In this document: positions 29,978 to 32,000 of the stretch, piece by piece
How the letters are laid out: every line of letters begins with the position of its first letter
Numbering within the stretch: position 1 is the stretch's first letter
NCBI RefSeq assembly: GCF_000011805.1
Contig: NC_006840.2
DNA from: Aliivibrio fischeri ES114
GTDB taxonomy: Bacteria; Pseudomonadota; Gammaproteobacteria; Enterobacterales; Vibrionaceae
Reading direction: 5' to 3' (one strand)
Length of the DNA stretch: 32,000 nt
Notes under the pieces: generated by a model
Told to the model about the DNA's origin: nothing
Seen by the model: the letters and a program-made list of their open reading frames with translations, nothing else
Database searches by the model: none
Position numbers and translations under genes: made by a program

Positions 29978-30865
29978 ATGGCTGTTTTTGATTATTACCC
30001 TTGGCTTTTCCCTCTATTTGCCACCCTATTTGGGTTGCTTGTTGGTAGTTTTTTAAATGTCGTAATTTATCGTTTACCCATCATGATGGAAAAGGAATGG
30101 AAAAAAGACTGCATTGATTGCTTTCCAGATCTTGCCCCTAAAAAAACAAGTGAAGAAAAAGAAGAAACCTTTAACTTAAGTGTTCCTCGCTCTCGCTGCC
30201 CAAAGTGTCAAACTCAAATTAAATTCTATGACAACATTCCTGTCATTAGCTGGCTTTTATTAAAAGGAAAATGTCGTCAATGCAGTAACCCTATCAGTTT
30301 TCGATATCCTGCAATTGAACTACTATCAGGCGCAATGTGTTTTGCCGTTTCATACTTATTACCCTTCTCATATTTTGCTGTTGCTGCCGTTCTATTTACT
30401 CTAGTTTTGATCGCATTAACCTTTATCGATATTGATACCATGTTACTGCCAGATCAAATCACCCTACCTCTACTATGGAGTGGTCTATACTTAGCTCTAG
30501 TGGGTTGGAGTTCAGTGAGCTTAGTTGATTCTGTTGTTGGTGCAATGGCTGGCTATTTGATTTTATGGTCTATTTACTGGGGCTTTAAGCTGCTTACAGG
30601 CAAAGAAGGCATGGGTTATGGTGATTTCAAATTACTGGCGGCTCTTGGAGCATGGCTTGGTTGGCAGCAGCTACCATTGATCATTCTATTATCTTCTGTT
30701 GTCGGAGCAATCATTGGCGTCATCATGCTAACCGCTCAAAAGAAAGGGTTTGACAAAGCAATTCCCTTTGGTCCTTATTTAGCTATTGCTGGCTGGGTTT
30801 GCCTATTATGGGGACAAAACATTAGCCAATGGTATTTTAATCACATTCTAGGTTTGCCACTATGA
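29978..30865 (+). CDS. pilD: Prepilin peptidase / N-methyltransferase PilD
   Basis: 295 aa; [22 protein letters not shown]...[47 protein letters not shown] catalytic Asp motifs. Confidence 0.96.
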   Translation: MAVFDYYPWLFPLFATLFGLLVGSFLNVVIYRLPIMMEKEWKKDCIDCFPDLAPKKTSEEKEETFNLSVPRSRCPKCQTQIKFYDNIPVISWLLLKGKCRQCSNPISFRYPAIELLSGAMCFAVSYLLPFSYFAVAAVLFTLVLIALTFIDIDTMLLPDQITLPLLWSGLYLALVGWSSVSLVDSVVGAMAGYLILWSIYWGFKLLTGKEGMGYGDFKLLAALGAWLGWQQLPLIILLSSVVGAIIGVIMLTAQKKGFDKAIPFGPYLAIAGWVCLLWGQNISQWYFNHILGLPL

Positions 30866-31410
30866 GTTATGTCGTAGCAATTACTGGTGGTATTGGTAGT
30901 GGAAAAACTACCGTTGCCGATCGCTTTCAAGCACTCTATAACATCAATATTGTTGATGCTGATATTATTGCTCGTGAAGTTGTTAATCCAGGAACCGAAG
31001 GATTAATCCAAATAGAGCAACATTTTGGACCACAAATCTTACTGGACGATGGCCATTTAAATAGAGCGAAGTTGCGTGAGTGTATTTTTTCTGAACCTAG
31101 TGAAAAACAGTGGCTCAATGATTTATTACATCCATTGATCCGTTCAGAGATGCAACGTCAAATAGCTTTATCCACTTCAGAGTACACATTGCTTGTAGTG
31201 CCTCTTTTAGTTGAGAATAAGTTACAATATTTAGCAAATCGTGTACTTGTTGTTGATGTTTTGGAGCAAACTCAAATTAATCGCACTGTAAATCGTGATA
31301 AAGTAAATCATCAACAAGTTAAAGCAATTCTTGCTTCACAAGCATCAAGAGAAGAACGTTTAGCGGCTGCGGATGATATAATTAATAACGATCACAAAAT
31401 AATGACTTAG
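30862..31410 (+). CDS. coaE: Dephospho-CoA kinase, C-terminus apparently altered by a frameshift
   Basis: [24 protein letters not shown]-like segment, [26 protein letters not shown]; ends [13 protein letters not shown], while the expected tail [28 protein letters not shown] is encoded at 31398-31484 in another frame. Confidence 0.9.
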   Translation: MSYVVAITGGIGSGKTTVADRFQALYNINIVDADIIAREVVNPGTEGLIQIEQHFGPQILLDDGHLNRAKLRECIFSEPSEKQWLNDLLHPLIRSEMQRQIALSTSEYTLLVVPLLVENKLQYLANRVLVVDVLEQTQINRTVNRDKVNHQQVKAILASQASREERLAAADDIINNDHKIMT

Positions 31411-31504
31411 ATATGAAAATATCTCTGCTACATGAGAAATATCTGCTATTGTCTCTGGCATCTATAAATAAAGAGAATGAATAACGACTATGAATGGATT
31501 GGGT

Positions 31505-32000
31505 ATGCAAAAATTTGAACACCCTTTAAATGAAAGGACTCGAATTTATTTACGAATAGAATCTCTATTTCGTAAATTAGGGCATTCCGCTGATTTAACA
31601 CAACCATTTGAATACCAAGTTTTTTTCAGTTCTTTATTTAATATGCTTGATATCTTAGAACAGGTACAAGTAAAAGCAGAGCTAGGTAAAGATCTAGAAA
31701 AGCTTCGCTTACAATATCGAGCTTGGATGGACATTGAAGGCGTTGATCAATCAGCACTACTTTCTGTACTTGAACAGATCAGTCAGGTACATCAAAACTT
31801 AATGCAAACCACTCGCCCAGGTCACTCTTTAAAAGAGGATCGCTTCCTTTCTGCATTAAAACAACGCTTCTTTATTCCTGGTGGAGATTGCTGTTTTGAC
31901 TTACCAGCTCTACATCATTGGCTACATTTACCATTAGAAGTGCGCTGCCGTAATACGCATAATTGGATGGCACAGCTCCTTTCTCTTTCTGATGCATTAT
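31505..32000 (+). CDS. zapD: Cell division protein ZapD, 3' truncated by the window edge
   Basis: Read directly: MQKFEHPLNERTRIYLRIESLFRKLGHSADLTQPFEYQVFFSSLFNMLDILEQ...; follows coaE as in E. coli. An in-frame upstream ATG exists at 31490. Confidence 0.92.
   Translation, partial: MQKFEHPLNERTRIYLRIESLFRKLGHSADLTQPFEYQVFFSSLFNMLDILEQVQVKAELGKDLEKLRLQYRAWMDIEGVDQSALLSVLEQISQVHQNLMQTTRPGHSLKEDRFLSALKQRFFIPGGDCCFDLPALHHWLHLPLEVRCRNTHNWMAQLLSLSDAL

Noticed and set aside
1-32000. Search for CRISPR arrays, IS elements, integrases, toxin-antitoxin or defence genes, tRNA/rRNA
   Set aside because: No direct repeats with spacers, transposase/integrase motifs or RNA gene signatures were seen by eye; the gene order is standard enteric/vibrio core.

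Overview
This window is ordinary chromosomal core DNA from a Vibrionaceae gammaproteobacterium, most like Aliivibrio/Vibrio fischeri judging by protein character and gene order. The order is: mrcB(partial)-hrpB | sfsA - dksA - gluQRS - pcnB - folK - panB - panC | yadH-yadG - SulP transporter | beta-carbonic anhydrase | DUF1127-like small protein - hpt | litR | lpdA-aceF-aceE-pdhR - ampD | nadC - pilA-pilB-pilC-pilD-coaE-zapD(partial). I found no mobile elements, CRISPR arrays, rRNA/tRNA genes, phage-defence islands or convincing novel multigene system. The observations worth a second look are small: (1) pcnB appears to start at a non-canonical AUU/AUC codon, as reported for E. coli pcnB; (2) coaE is frameshifted by an apparent 1-nt deletion in an A-run, with the conserved C-terminus readable in another frame; (3) two perfect 17-bp PdhR-type operators (AATTGGTNNNACCAATT) lie upstream of pdhR; (4) the litR leader has a candidate Qrr pairing site and a candidate LuxR/HapR-family autoregulatory site; (5) a 25-codon leader ORF with a perfect AGGAGGT lies upstream of the DUF1127-like gene; (6) a SulP transporter is divergent from a beta-carbonic anhydrase; (7) the aceF-lpdA gap contains hairpins. 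All product calls come from reading the protein sequences and recalling families; no searches were run.
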